Position numbers and translations under genes: made by a program. A stretch of DNA of 64,000 bases from Scyliorhinus canicula (lineage: Eukaryota): the NCBI RefSeq assembly GCF_902713615.1, contig NC_052154.1, positions 65,269,652 to 65,333,651 on the forward strand, in the 5' to 3' direction. Shown one piece after another: positions 13,477 through 26,444 of this stretch; the stretch's first letter is position 1; each line of letters opens with the position of its first letter. The notes beneath the pieces are model-generated. The model saw nothing but the letters and a program-made list of their open reading frames with translations. It made no database searches and had not been told where the DNA came from.

Positions 13477-13674
13477 CTAGATAATGAAAGGAAAATGTTT
13501 TCTCATTACTTTATGGCTTGGAAGTATTCTACTAAGTTAAGAAAAGTCCATATGAATTTTACTTTTTGTCAAAACTATTTAAAACTAAATCACAACCAAC
13601 TTCATTGTATTTATCAGAAACTATTAACATAAGTTCATGTGTTATAATTATCTGGGTACAAGGCACAGCAATCT

Positions 13675-15414
13675 TTTTTTTAAATATTTCTTTATTCTCC
13701 TCCTTTTTCGCATTTTCTCCCAAATTTACACCCACCAACAATAACAATCATCAGTAATAAACAATAATCAGTAACAAATATGTAAATCCTCATATCGATA
13801 ACAACGATCCCATCCTCCCACCAAACCCAAAACATTCGGCCACATGTTCACATAAACAATTGACAGAAAGGCATCAGGAATCATCCATGGCCACCATTAA
13901 CACCCATCGCCCCCCCCCCCCCCCAACCCTCTCACACCCCCCCCCCCCACTAATGTTCGATGTTATCCAGTTCTTGAAAGGGCATAATGAATAATGCCCA
14001 TCAATTGTAGAACCCCTCCATCCTTCCCCTCAGTTCAAACTTAACCTTCTCAAGAGTCAAGAATTCCAACAGGCCCCCCTGCCACGCCAGGGCTCAGGAT
14101 GGAGAGGCTGCTCTTCATCCCAACAGGATCCACCTTCAGGCAATCAACGAGGCAAAGGCTACAATATCTGCCTCCGCACCCGTTTCCAACCCTGGCTGGT
14201 CCGACACCCCGAATATGGCCTCCCGGGGACCCGGGTCCAGTTTCACGTCCACTACTTTAGAAATTACCCTAAAAACCATCTTCCAGTAATCCACTAGCTT
14301 TGGACAGGACCAAAACATATGAACGTGATTAGTGCCCCCCCCAACGACGTTCACACACATCTTCAACTCCTTCAAAGAATCGCGTCATCTTCCTCGCCCT
14401 CGTGAGGTGTGCTGTGTATACCATCTTCAGCTGTATCAGCCTCAACCTCGCGCACTAGGTGGAGACATTCACTCTCCGGAGCACCTCACACCAGAACCCC
14501 TCCTCCATATCCTCTCCCAACTCTTCCTCCCACTTTGCTTTGATCCCTTCCAGTGGTGCCTTCTCCTCCACCAAAATAGCTCCGTAGACCGCTGACACTA
14601 TCCCCTTCTCCAGTCCCCCTGTCGTCAGCACCTCCTCCAGCAACGTGGAGTTCGGCTCCAACGGGAAGCTCTGTATCTCTTTTCTGGCAAAATCTTGAAC
14701 CTGCATGTATCTAAACACTTCTCCCTGCTCCAGCCCATACTTCACTTCCAGCTCCTTCAATCCTGCAAACCGATCCCCAAGAAATAAATCCTTTAGTGTC
14801 TTAATCCCCTTCTCCTCCCCCCATTTCCAAAAATTTCCATCCCACCTCCCTGGCTCAAATCTGTGGTTCCCCCGAATCGGCATTTCCCTTGACCCTGACC
14901 CCAACCCGAAGTGTTGGCGAAACTGACTCCAAATTCTCAATGAATATATTATTACCGGACTCCATGAGTATTTCCCAGGGGCTATCAGGAGCGGCGCTGT
15001 TGCTAGTGCTTTCAATCCTGCCCCCCTGCACAAACTCTCCTCCATTCTGACCCACTGGGAGTCAACCCCTCTGACCCAGCTCCGCACCGTCTCCACATTT
15101 GCCGCCCAGTAGTAATACATCAGGTTCGGATGCCTGCCTTCCCCTCTGTAGCAGCACCTTTCTAACTCTGGCCACCTGTTGCTAGTGCTTTCAATCCTGC
15201 CCCCCTGCACAAACTCTCCTCCATTCTGACCCACTGGGAGTCAACCCCTCTGACCCAGCTCCGCACCGTCTCCACATTTGCCGCCCAGTAGTAATACATC
15301 AGGTTCGGATGCCTGCCTTCCCCTCTTTAGCAGCACCTTTCTAACTCTGGCCACCTTCCCTCCCCATATGAACGACGTAATCCTTCCCTCAATCTCTCTG
15401 AAAAAAGCCTTTGT
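13675..15414 (-). mobile_element. 5'-truncated L1 (ORF2 C-terminus and 3'UTR) with an internal 179-bp tandem duplication
   Basis: YYWAAN and HMFWSCP motifs, A-rich tail. 16-bp TSD caaggcacagcaatct at 13659 and 15415. Confidence 0.92.
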
Positions 15415-16629
15415 CAAGGCACAGCAATCTAATGGCAAATTGCCAATTCATGCCAACAGTTTTACATGAGCACTTAGTCTTAGCAATGTGGCCACCAGTT
15501 TGTTGACAGATTAAAGTAATCTTAAGAAAACAAATTCATAAGTCACCCAGACTATTCTTTTGCAAAACCCTTTATTAAATTTAAGAGTGTAAATGATAGG
15601 CAACCATGATGGCTCAGTTTGAATAGGCTGGAGCTGGACCATGCAGACTAGAAGATTCCAGATTCAAATCCTGGTTGCTCCTAGAACAGTAGTAGTGGGC
15701 TTTAATCAACCAAGCTTTCCAAAATTGATCATCATCTATTGGAAGAGCTTGTGAACATTAAACAAGGCGAGAACTGATTTGATTATCCTTTTTGCCCCCA
15801 CTACCTCTCAAGTCTTCTGGGGGAAAAAGGTTTTCTAAATATCCTTTCAAACATAGCTTCTGCCCCACTTTTAACAAGGATTCCAGTACTAGGCTTTTCA
15901 CCTCTCCTTTCAGGCTTCCTTTATCTTGAATTGCAAACTGCATCCACATTTCTCCACAAACTCAGGTACTCAGTACCCAACAGAATATTATTGCTTCAAA
16001 CACTGGAAATAAGGGCACCAAACCTTACGATTGCTTTAGCTATATACTTGTATGTAGCCACCCTCATCAGCTTTTCTCTTCCCAGATCAGACTTTGATTT
16101 CCAAAAAAGTATTATGGTCTCAAGGCTCCTCTTTGCTCCTTTAACTTCAGACTTCTTGCCAACTTCTCTTCATTTCTCTAGTTTCATTAACTAGCCATTC
16201 TTTAGGTTTCCTGCACTCATTTCCTTGACCATCACTCCATGGTATGGCTTTTCTTCTGGCACACCCGAGAGGGATTCTCCATCTCTAGTCTTCTAAAATC
16301 AACTGTTATGAATTCAGCTAAAACTAAACTCAAAAAGTATTCCATCCCCTAAAGGTGCCCCTGGTTACTAAACAACTTTACACTTCTGAAAGCATGTTTA
16401 CTTTGCACGCCATAACCCTCTCTAAGCACAATAGAAGCAGTTTTATCCGAAATCAAAAATCCCCCAGTGTAAACACCTTTGTCTGGCATGAATCGAACTG
16501 TAGGTTGACCCTTCCTTACACAGCAACACTTAACTAAACCAACTTAAATGTATTCTTTACCTCTAATATTTAACAATACAAATATCGATCACTTAAAACT
16601 ACCTGTGTTTTCCTAATATGGTAAATACT

Positions 16630-16980
16630 CGAGAAGCTGGGGTTATTCTCAGAACGGAGAAGACAAGAGGCAATTCTTGATAGAGGTATATAAATTCTCA
16701 AAGATTTAGATGGAGTAAATAGAGAAACTTTTTCCAGTGACTGAAAGGTTGATTACTCGAAGACAGAGATTTATGGTGATCAGCAAAATAAGCAGAGGCA
16801 ACGTGGGAATGAATGTCTTTTTTTTGCTCAATTAATGATTAGGATTCACAATGCATTGCCTGATGGGGTAATCAAAACAGATTAAAGAGTATCGCTGAAA
16901 TATTTAATTTAAATATTTATCCAATTCCCTTCTTTGAAGAAGCCAGCAAGTTTTCTTCTCTGCTGGACTATTCTATGATT
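16630..16980 (+). mobile_element. Old CR1 3' fragment
   Basis: Degenerate R.RG.LIEVYK-type CR1 C-terminal sequence; similar to 63540-63840. Confidence 0.55.
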
Positions 16981-17166
16981 CATAGTTGGTCTCTGGACTA
17001 ACTCAAGGCCACCTTCTGTCATCAAGCTCCTGAATTGTCTTCCATTTAAGTCAATTCACATTCATTTGCATCCTATAAAAGGTAATAGTATGAAAGAGCT
17101 CATTTAGCATAGCACATAGCTGTTTCAGTTGTAGTGCAGGACACATTTAGAGTCATCAGCACCTAG

Positions 17167-17330
17167 CCTAGGCTAGCCTGCACATCTTTGGGTCGTGGGG
17201 GCGAAACCCACGCAAACACGGGGAGAACGTGCAAACTCCACACGGACAGTGACCCAGAGCCGGGATCAAACCTGGGACCTTGATGCCGTGAGGCATCAGG
17301 GCTAACTCACTGCGCCACCGTGCTGTCCCT
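17167..17330 (-). mobile_element. HE1-like V-SINE (3' truncated)
   Basis: Head and V-domain match the other HE1 copies. Confidence 0.88.
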
Positions 17331-18420
17331 TGAGTAAGTATTAAGGGAGCCCGGAGGTGCAGTCCACGGTGAAGATATGGAATCAGTTGAGGAAGCATTT
17401 TAGGGCGGATGGGATGTCTATGTTAACGCTGCTGTGTGAGATTCATCGGTTTCAGCAAGTTAGTGTGCAGGAGTTGGAGGGAAGTGGGGCTGGTCAAGGT
17501 GAGGGATCACCAGTCTGTAAAAGCTAAAGGAGAGGGTAGAGCTCTCACGGACGAGTGAATTCAGGTATCTGCAGGTTATGGACTTTGCGCGAAAGGTCTG
17601 GAGGGGGCTCGCTAGGTTGCCAGGATACACCCTGCTGGTGCAACTGCTGCTTCTGGATGTGGAAGAGGAGGGAAGAATTGGGGATATATCCCAAGTGGCT
17701 GGGGAAGCAGGGAGACGAGCGGGTAGTGAAGATTAAGGAGAAATGGAAAGGGGAGTTGGGACAGGCGATCAATTGGAGAGTATGGAGTGAGGCACTGCGT
17801 AGGGTAAACAGGACCATCTCCTGTGCAAGGATGAGCCTGATACAGTTTAAGGTAGTACACAGGATGCATATGATTCAGGCGAGAATGAGTGGGTTATTTC
17901 AGGAGGAAGCAGATGAGTGAGGGGTGGGGTGGGGGGCGAGCGAATCACGCGCACATGTTTTGGGGTTGCGAAAAATTGGGAAGATTCTAGGCAGGCGTGC
18001 TCGCAGTCTTAGCCAGGATAGTGGAGGAGGTGGTGGACCTGGACCCTTTGGTGGTGATATATGGGGTTTCAGAGAAGCCAGAGCTCATGGGGAGGAGAAA
18101 GGCCGATGTTGTGGCCTTTGCCACTCTGATTGCACTGCGACGAGATTTACTGGAGTGACGGTCGGCATCACCACCGGGAATAGCGGCTTGGTTGGGTGGC
18201 CTGTATGACTTCCTGCGGTTGGAGAAGAAAGAACGTGTTAAGGGACTCTATGGAGGGGTTTGAGAAAAGGTGGGGATGTTTGTGACTGTGTTTGAGGCGC
18301 TGTTCGTCGCGCGCATGTGCGCCGGGGGGGGGGGGGGGGGGGGGGGGTGCTTCCCAGGGTGTTTATTTGCTGTAACCTGTTTTGATACATGTTTGTAATA
18401 AAATACATTTTTTTTTTTTT
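17331..18420 (+). mobile_element. L1 3' fragment
   Basis: WSEALRRVN..SCARMSLIQFKVVHR in ORF 17555..17920; poly-G 3'UTR and AATAAA. Confidence 0.88.
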
Positions 18421-18700
18421 AAGTTCCAGGTTCGGGTCCTGCTCCAGGACTTGGATGGCCACGCAAGGTGCATTCATAATGTGGCCAAACAGGTTTATTA
18501 TCAAGCTGCAAATCTGTCCAACAAGGCTATGGCAGGCAGTAAGAGCGGGAGAGTCTCCTGGTCAGTCAGAACCTGCAGAAGGCAATGGCAAACCACTGCA
18601 ATACCTTGCCAATAATAACCATGGACTAACACATTCAAGTCTATGGTTGCCAACACCTCTTATGGCATGGTACCTGAAGGGAGAGAGTGAGAGATGGAGA
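18421..18700 (+). mobile_element. tRNA-headed SINE with an RTE-like segment; its head probably lies at ~17105-17166
   Basis: B-box-like ggttcgggtcc. gaaggcaatggcaaaccactgca resembles the conserved block of RTE/BovB-related SINEs. Confidence 0.45.
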
Positions 18701-18938
18701 GAGAGTTGAAGAGTATCCTGAGCAGAAGTGACTCACGTTACAAAACAGAAGTGGAAAAAGAAAACCAAGTGAACCACTCCAGGCAGCTGTTGTCAAATTC
18801 TTACCATCCAGTTACAAGAGTAGCTAACGCTGAACAGCAAGATCACCTGTATACAAGTTTAACACAAAGGAACTGAAGAGCCCAGAAAAAAAACTTCAAA
18901 AAGCAGGAGATAGGTATTTAGCAAAACATTTACTAAAC

Positions 18939-19066
18939 CTTTTGCTTGTTGCAGGTAGAAAAGTACACCTTTTTCAAAATCATCCTCATTGATAAATCTG
19001 TCTCTTTTTGGTCTTCTGCTCAGAACTGGCTTTGTCACTGACTCATCAATATCAACATTAATCGAT
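18939..19066 (-). CDS. CENPT: CENP-T exon, module 2 long exon (128 nt, phase 2 to 1): SINVDIDESVTKPVLSRRPKRDRFINEDDFEKGVLFYLQQAK
   Basis: Acceptor tctgtctgttgcag, donor GTTTAG. 23/42 aa identical to 26317-26444 by hand count. Confidence 0.85.
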
Positions 19067-19584
19067 CTGCAACAGACAGAATACTATTAATGCATTTTCC
19101 ACAGCTATCATAAATGGCCTTTAATGTTCTACTGTCCAAATATACACTTACATGAGACTAGGAAAGTCTATTCAACTTTTCTTCACACCTTAACTGAAAT
19201 CCTAGACGCATCACCTGGAAGACCAGTTGTAAGGCAGCGAAACTGACCATCTGAACCATAGTCAGTTGCAAGAATAACATTCACTGCCAGAGCTACCAGG
19301 CATTGACAATTAATATTCCAGCATACCAAATATATTGTACAGTTAAATTGTAATTAAATCACATCCAGAATACTCTACAGATCTGGCAAAGATTATTCAC
19401 CAGACTGAGACAATATCACCTATCAGAAAAGGGTGGACCTCTTTTCTCTATAAAAAAGGCCGAGGGGTGACCCAACAGAGAACTTTAAAACTACAAAGGG
19501 GTTTGATGAGTTGAAGTAAAGATGTTTCTACTTGATATGGAGACCACAATTAGTCTGAAAATGTCCATGAAAATAAGATATAAT

Positions 19585-20005
19585 TAGAACATACAGTGTA
19601 GAAGGAGGCCATTCGGCCCATCGAGTTGCACCAACCCACTTTAGCCCTCACTTCCACCCTATCCTTGGTCACAGGGATAGGATGGAGGTGTGGGGCGCTG
19701 TTTCCAGGGGCTGGTGCAGACTTGATGGGCTGAATGGCCTCCATCTGCACTGTACATTCTATGATCCCCGTAACTCAATAACCCCATCTAACCTTTTCTG
19801 GACATTAAGGGCAATTTAGCATGGCCAATCCACCTAACCTTCACGTCTTTGAACTGTGGGAGGAAACCGGAGCACCCGGAGGAAACCCACGCACACACGG
19901 GGAGAACGTGCAGACTCCGCACAGACAGTGACCCAGCGGGGAACCGAACATGGGACCCTGGTGCTGTGAAGCCACAGTGCTAACCATTGTGCGACCGTGC
20001 TGCCC
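19585..20005 (-). mobile_element. HE1-like V-SINE, long form with CR1/HER1-type tail; an opposite-strand tail piece is embedded at ~19670-19765
   Basis: gggcagcacggtcgcac head, V-domain, gaatggcctccttctacactgt tail. Confidence 0.88.
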
Positions 20006-20394
20006 ACTAGTTGCCCAGAACTTCAATATTGTGTGAGAGACATTTCAAAGCTTTTAGTCTTCTGCTCATCAGGAAACTTTGCAAGAATACCAGAATAAGG
20101 GGAAAACACTGATTGGTAGAGGTGGTGGAGAATGCACCAGCTGATGGTGACTGACAGTTTATTGCAAAGTATCATTTGAAATTTAAGCCAGACAGCTTGA
20201 CCCTGACTGATCAAGGAAATGCCTTGGGGAATTATTCAGGAAATGGTGGTTATTAATTTTGTTTAGTTGAAACAGGTAGGATATGCCCAAATTCTACCTG
20301 TGGGTTGGTGCAGACTCGATGGGCCAAATGGCCTCCTTCTACACTCTATGTTCTGTGTTCTAACTATATCTTATGTGTGCACATTCTAACAGAG

Positions 20395-20690
20395 GGCACC
20401 ATCTCAGATTAAAGGGGTGATCCTTTAAAACAGATGAGGAGGAATTATTTTCAGCCAGAGGGTGGTGAATCTGTGGAACTCTTTGCCGCAGAAGGCTGTG
20501 GCTGTGGAGGCCAATTCACTGAGTGTCTTTAAGGCAGAGATAGATAGGTTCTTGATTAATAAGGGGATCAGGAGTTATGGGGAAAAGGCAGGAGAACAGG
20601 GATGAGAAAATATCAGCCATGATTGATTGGCGGAGCAGACTCGATGAGCCAAGTGACCTAATTCTGCTCCTATGTCTTATGGTCTTACAT
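20395..20690 (+). mobile_element. CR1/HER1 LINE 3' end
   Basis: FSQRVVNLWNSLP-type coding end plus hairpin and microsatellite tail. Confidence 0.85.
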
Positions 20691-20959
20691 GTTCTTTCTG
20701 CTTGGAAAGAACAGTGCATTGTGTATGTAGCTTCCAGTATATGGCAAATACGCCACACTGTAAGCCTGACTGACAATTTTAGCCTACTTGAGTCAGAGGG
20801 GCGCGATTCTCCAGAAAGATTTCTAAGTGTGGTAGTGAGCGGGAACTGTCGCCGGCTTGCTGCCTCTCGGCCTGGCAAGACGTCAACGCAATACAACGTT
20901 AATTGTCCACACAAGGTCCCACTGGTATCACGCCACAAATGAAGGCGCCAGAACAACGC

Positions 20960-23455
20960 TCACTTGAACTTCCCTCTGACCACTGTCTTAAGCAAATCCC
21001 ATAGTGCGGAGGCCGAAACCTCACCTGTGTCGTTCAACTCCACAGAAGCTCGAATGGCAGTCCTCACCCGCTCGCACACCTCCTCATCTGCTAACAGCCC
21101 CACATCCAATCTCCACCGCGGGTGCTGAGCCCCTGCTGGGTCCACTTGCACGTCCATCCAATGCGGCATGTGGTCAGAGACCACAACCGTTGAGTACCCA
21201 GTTGACCATCCCTGCCAGCAGAGCCTTATCCACCATGAAGTAATCAATCCGTACTTCGCCCTTGGTCTCCCAAACCTTCACGGATCCACTCGCTCCATAA
21301 ATCCCTTTAGCTACTCCACCACCAGCATCACCCTCCCTGATGACGGACTCGACTGATTCAATCCCGGCTCAATAACAGTATTAAAATCCACCCACCCCCA
21401 TCATCATCAACCAATGCGAAACTCACCCCCCCACCCTTCCAGTCTGCTACTGTATTCCCCAAATCAAACTTTTTCCGCTTATTTATCAGCACCACTACTC
21501 CCCGCGTCTTCTTCATATCCAACCACGAGTGAAAATCTGCCCTATCCACCCTTTCCTTAGTCTAGTCTGGTCCCCAATCTTCAAATGCATGTCCTGTAGA
21601 AATGCCACATTCGCCTTTAAGCTCCTCAGGTGTGCGACAGCTTGACCGGCCCATTCAGCCCTCTCACATTCCACGTGAAGAACCTGGTCACTCCCTTCCC
21701 CTGCCAATCAACCATAACCCTTTTGGGCCAGCCTCTGGCTCGCGACCCGCAACTCGCCAGGCACACCAACCGCCCGATCCCCATCAGCAGTTACCCCCTC
21801 TAAACTAAACAATCCCAACAATTACAAGGGGACATAAATTTAAGGTGAATGGTGGAAGATATAGGGGGGATGTCAGAGGTAGGTTCTTTACCCAGAGAGT
21901 AGTGGGGGCATGGAATGCACTGCCTGTGCAAGTAGTTGAGTCGGAAACATGAGGGACCTTCAAGCGTACATGGGTAGATGGGTACATGGATTACGGTAGA
22001 ATGATGGGGTGTAGATTAATTTGTTCTTAATCTAGGACAAAAGTTCGGCACAACATCGTGGGCCAAAGGGCCTGTTCTGTGCTGTATTTTTCTATGTTCT
22101 AAACCTCTAACCACCTGCTCATCCCCCACTGTGCTCCCGTGAATTAGTTCACCCAGCTAGCCTGACAACCCCCGCGCATGGCACCAAGCAGCCTACTCCC
22201 CACTGATTCTCCTACCCCCACCCCCGCTAGCACACTTCCATTGTGCAAACAACAATAACAATCAAAAGAAAATAAAAACGGTGCACTCACCCACCACAGT
22301 CCTCCGGCTTCCCATCAAAGAACCCCGTAAAAAAGCTAAACAGTCCCTGAGAGATAAGGGGTTCTCCCCTGTCCATCACTCAAAGAACACAAAACAATAC
22401 AACAAAAAGAGGGGCAGGGAGAAGCAACACCACCTCACACTTCCTCCAAAGTTCAATGGACTCCCTCTCCTGCCAGTTCATTATCCCTCAAAATTTCTTG
22501 CCTCCTCCGGCGTTCCAAAATAATGCTTGCGGACGTTGTAGGACACTCAAAGGCAGGCCAGATACAGCATCCCGAACTTCAACGCCTCCTTAAAGAGGCC
22601 AGTCATCACCCGGTTGAATCTGGCCCTCCTCTTTGCCAGTTCCGCGCCCAGGTCCTGATAGACCCAGAGCTTGATACCTTTCCAGGTACCTCTCCTCACC
22701 TGACTGGCCCACTGCACGATCTTCTCTTTATCCAAAAACCGGTGTAGCCTCACTACCATCGCCCTCGGCGGCTCATTCGCTTGCGGCCTCCTCATCAATG
22801 CCCTATGCACCCTCCATGGGCCGGTCGAAAGCTCCCTCCCCCAATAGCTGTTCAAACATTTTGGCCACTAAAGAGCTCCCTTGATGCCCTCCGGCATCCC
22901 CACTATTCTCAAATTCTGCCTCCGGAAACACTTTTTCCTTGAGCTGCTTCTGGGTATCCCTCACCTTCCCAATTTTGGTTGCCAATGAGGGAAGCTGCTC
23001 CTTGCTCCTCGTGCTCCCCCATCGCCTCCTCCACCTCTGGATCACCTGGCCCTGAGCCTCAGCTCCACACGGTCGATCCCCGCTTTCAGCAGGTCTACCA
23101 CACTCACCAGGTCCTCCAGAGCCTCCCTCCTCTGTTGGCAGAACCTTTCCTTCAGAACGTCCACCAACTGCTCCATCGACCATTGGGCTGGTAGGGCCGA
23201 TCCCTTACTCTGCCATCTTTCCCTGAGTCACACAAAGAGTTTCTTGCTCTTGCAGCTCCTTCCTTTTAGACCCACTTCTGGTCCACGGATCCATCCACCG
23301 ACCTCACCAGTGGAGTGTAACTTTCCTCCACCACCTCTGCACCTCTTTTCTCCAAAACATCCACCCGACAAGCAGGGAAATGGACCAACAAAGTCCGCCT
23401 CGAGCAGGAGGTGCCAAATGTGCGACGACTAACTCCATTGCCGCCACCGGACGCC
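20960..23455 (-). mobile_element. Degenerate L1 5' half (5'UTR, ORF1, endonuclease); CR1 3' fragment (+) inserted at ~21830-22100
   Basis: ORF1 motifs HRAL...PRAMVVRLHRF...YQDLGAELAKRRA; endonuclease motifs AFLQ..HL, SDH.PH, WRLDVGLL. Confidence 0.87.
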
Positions 23456-23679
23456 CGCCCGGTCTGTTGCACTTTAAGCTTGGCACTCACCCACGTATGC
23501 ACGCCTATAGAAGGGACATCGCTTGTTTGTTCCCTGCGTGACACATTCCTGATTACTGCACAGCCACACCCAAGAGGGAAATTGCTGGTATAAATGGTTT
23601 GGCTTTTCAATGGGAAGTGTATTCACTGACTGAGTCTTTTACAAACCCTACAGCTGTCAGAAATTTGTCATTGTTTGGA

Positions 23680-23885
23680 ATTTTAAAAAAATTAATTAGA
23701 GTACCCAATTATTTTTTTCTAATTAAGGGGCAATTTAGCATGGCCAATCCACCTACGCAGCACATCTTTGTGGGTTGTGGGGGTGGGACCCATGCAGATA
23801 CCACACGGACAGTGACCTGGGGCCGGAATCAAACCCCGGTCCTCGGCGCCGTGAGGCAGCAATGCTAACCACTGAGCCGCCCCTC
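23680..23885 (-). mobile_element. HE1-like V-SINE (internally deleted)
   Basis: Matches the head and tail of the other copies. Confidence 0.8.
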
Positions 23886-23949
23886 AGTTGGAATTTTCTC
23901 TGCTGTTGCACCTCCAGGGGATGATGCAAAGGTGGAGGATTTGGATTCT

Positions 23950-24045
23950 TAAACAAAAACAGAAAATGCCGGACAATTTTCAACAGGTCTGACAGCATCT
24001 GTGGAGAGAGAAGGGAGCAAATTTTTCGAGTCTGGGTGAATCTTT
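23950..24045 (-). mobile_element. Probable Penelope-like terminal fragment
   Basis: aaacagaaaatgccggaca...aggtctgacagcatctgtggagagag resembles a PLE terminus common in sharks (from recall only). Confidence 0.45.
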
Positions 24046-24829
24046 GGATTCTTGTTTATTTAAGACACCAAAAATTGGCTTCAGTGCCTCTGGCTAAGAA
24101 GAGTACATTGGGAGAGTGCCAGTGACCAATTGCTACACAGTGATTGTTATACATTTGTGCAAATAGAAAGAGGAAAGGAATAGATTCATTTATGATGCCA
24201 CACCATCAAATAACATCAAACACTCATTATCTAGGCTTACACAGGAAGCTTGGTCACCTTGTTGTACTCCTGCATGTGCCATTGCTTTCAGAAGGGAGAA
24301 AAGGGAAAGAAAATTGAGAGATTGGGAAAATGATACAAGGTTCTCTCCAAGATAAGCAGGTGCATCATCACACATCTTGCATTAATTGTAAACATGCATA
24401 ACCACAGTGTTGTCCTAAACAGTCCGCGCAAACAGAAATGACAAGAAATGTTAAAATTATACTTATTTTTGTTTAGTTCTAACTTCAGCCACGTAGAGCT
24501 TTTAAAAAGTGCTAATTATCCAAGATCATATCCACATAGGAAAATTATAATCAATTCAGGACAGTATCAATCCAACACCAGCATTTACCCTGTCAACTTT
24601 ATTGCTCCCGCCCCCACCTAAAGATAAAATAAATCTTGCAATTACTGTAAAAATGCTTGATTATGAATGGCCTGTAACATGTGGTCTACAAACAAGCCCA
24701 CTGCATCAGGCCGAGTTCAAAGGAAGTCTCAAAATTACAGAAATGGCAACATTCGCAGATATCAAATAATTTCTGCTTTTTGCATCATCTAAATCACTGA
24801 TGTTTGGTTTTCACACAAAAATGGATAAT

Positions 24830-25057
24830 TGAGGGCAATAAGGTGGTGCAGTGGTTAGCACTGCTGCCTCAAGGCGCCAAGGACCTGTGTTCGATCCTGG
24901 CCCTGGGTCACTGTCTGTATGGAGTTTGCACATTCTCTCCGTGTCTGTGTGGGTCTTATCCCCACAACCAATGTGGAGGGTAAGTGGATTGATCATGATA
25001 AATTGCTCCTTAATTGGAAAAAAGAATTGGGTACTCTAAATTTATATTAAAAAAAAG
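24830..25057 (+). mobile_element. HE1-like V-SINE
   Basis: Head, V-domain and A tail; TSD aaaaatggataat. Confidence 0.9.
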
Positions 25058-25185
25058 AAAAATGGATAATCATGGAACCAGATTTCCAAATCATCAATAA
25101 TTATAGATATATAATAAACCATATAATGAACTGAATTTGACTTTTCAACATTAAAAAAGAGCATTCATTGTTTGTTTGTTATTAC

Positions 25186-25258
25186 CCAACTATTCGAGAA
25201 ATATCTGTCAGGCCTGAAGTCTTTTCAAACGGTCCAGATCTTTCAATTTCTTCAGGTT
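25186..25258 (-). CDS. CENPT: CENP-T exon, module 2 short exon (73 nt, phase 1 to 2): EPEEIERSGPFEKTSGLTDISRIVG
   Basis: Acceptor ttgttttttgtaaag, donor GTAATA. Paralogous to 30518-30590. Confidence 0.8.
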
Positions 25259-25469
25259 CTTTACAAAAAACAAAAATATACTTTAGCAGAGAAGCAACTG
25301 AACATTGGGACACTTATGTGATTTAACAATTTTGTTCCCTAATCGTTTATACATATTGTACATTCGACTTTCCAGAGATATTTCAAACATGATGAACTTC
25401 CTTTGAGCAAATATAACTATATTGTGTTGAGTAGCATAAACCAGAAAAAACAAAATAGATACAAGAGAT

Positions 25470-26050
25470 GTAACACCTGTATCAATGCAGTCTACTGCTC
25501 TACATTGGGGAAACCAAAGGAAGACTGGTAATCGTTTTGAGGAACATCTCTATTCAGTCTGCAAGCATAGCCCTGAGCTTAGTCAGCTATCGTTTTAATA
25601 CTCCATCTTGCTCCGACTCTGACCTTTATGTCCTTGACCTTCTACAATGTTCCAAAGAAGCTGAATTCAAGTTCAAAGAGAAAAGTTTCACCTTTTGAGT
25701 GGGCATTTTACAGCCTCTGAACTCAAAACCGAGTTCAACGATTTCAGATTATAACCTCTGTCCTCATTTTCTTTCCTTTTTCTTTGCTGGTTTCTTGTTT
25801 CTCTTTTGTTCCTTTCTCTTTGCTTTCAGGTGGCAGATCATGATCACACCTTTGGTTTTACTTGTCCCATTACTGCCCTTTTGCCTTGCACCATGAACCT
25901 TTTTTGTCATGTCATCTCTCATTTCTTCCACCCTATCACAGATCTTCTCTTGTTCTTTTTCTCGCTCTCTACCTTTTCACTTGCTCAAAACATATTACAT
26001 TTCTATCTTCTCCTAATTCAGGTGAAAGATCACAGAAAGCATCAACTGTT
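25470..26050 (+). mobile_element. Penelope-like element 3' fragment (GIY-YIG endonuclease and 3'UTR)
   Basis: LLYIGETKGRL, then a frameshift, then RFEEHL: the YIGET..R...RF.EH signature of PLE GIY-YIG domains. Confidence 0.75.
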
Positions 26051-26316
26051 TTATTTGTTATATAGTTTATAATTATACTATCTTCACTTATCTGCAATTT
26101 ACAAATATATGTGCGGCAAAAACTGTGCATTGCTTTATACTGGATGCCTTTCCAATTAACATCTACATTACCTTGCAATATGATAACGATTCATTCCTGA
26201 AATATAAAGAGGTAAAACCAAAACTGGGTGACAAGTCACCCCAGGCCATTCATGCTTTAATGTAAAGTAATATTGGTTATCAAACTATAGATGTCCAAAA
26301 ATTAACAATTTTATAC

Positions 26317-26444
26317 CTTTTTCTTGCTCCAGATAATTGAGCATTCCCTCTTCAAAGTCATCCTCATTTATAACTTTGCGTTTTAATGGTCTTCTACAAA
26401 GAATTGGTTTTGTTGTGGACTCTTCAAATTCAGGATTAACAAAA
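26317..26444 (-). CDS. CENPT: CENP-T exon, module 1 long exon (128 nt, phase 2 to 1): FVNPEFEESTTKPILCRRPLKRKVINEDDFEEGMLNYLEQEK
   Basis: Acceptor tatttatttcag, donor GTATAA. Resembles human RPGLARRPPARRAVDVGAFLRDL. Confidence 0.85.

Noticed and set aside
15720-16620. Possible minus-strand LTR/gag remnant
   Set aside because: I could not establish clear termini, a TSD or a protein motif by eye.
24241-24284. Cryptic 44-nt minus-strand exon with a good pyrimidine tract and GTAAGC donor
   Set aside because: In the phase-2 context it has an in-frame TGA and shifts the frame. It cannot be a constitutive coding exon, and a poison-exon role has no support without RNA data.
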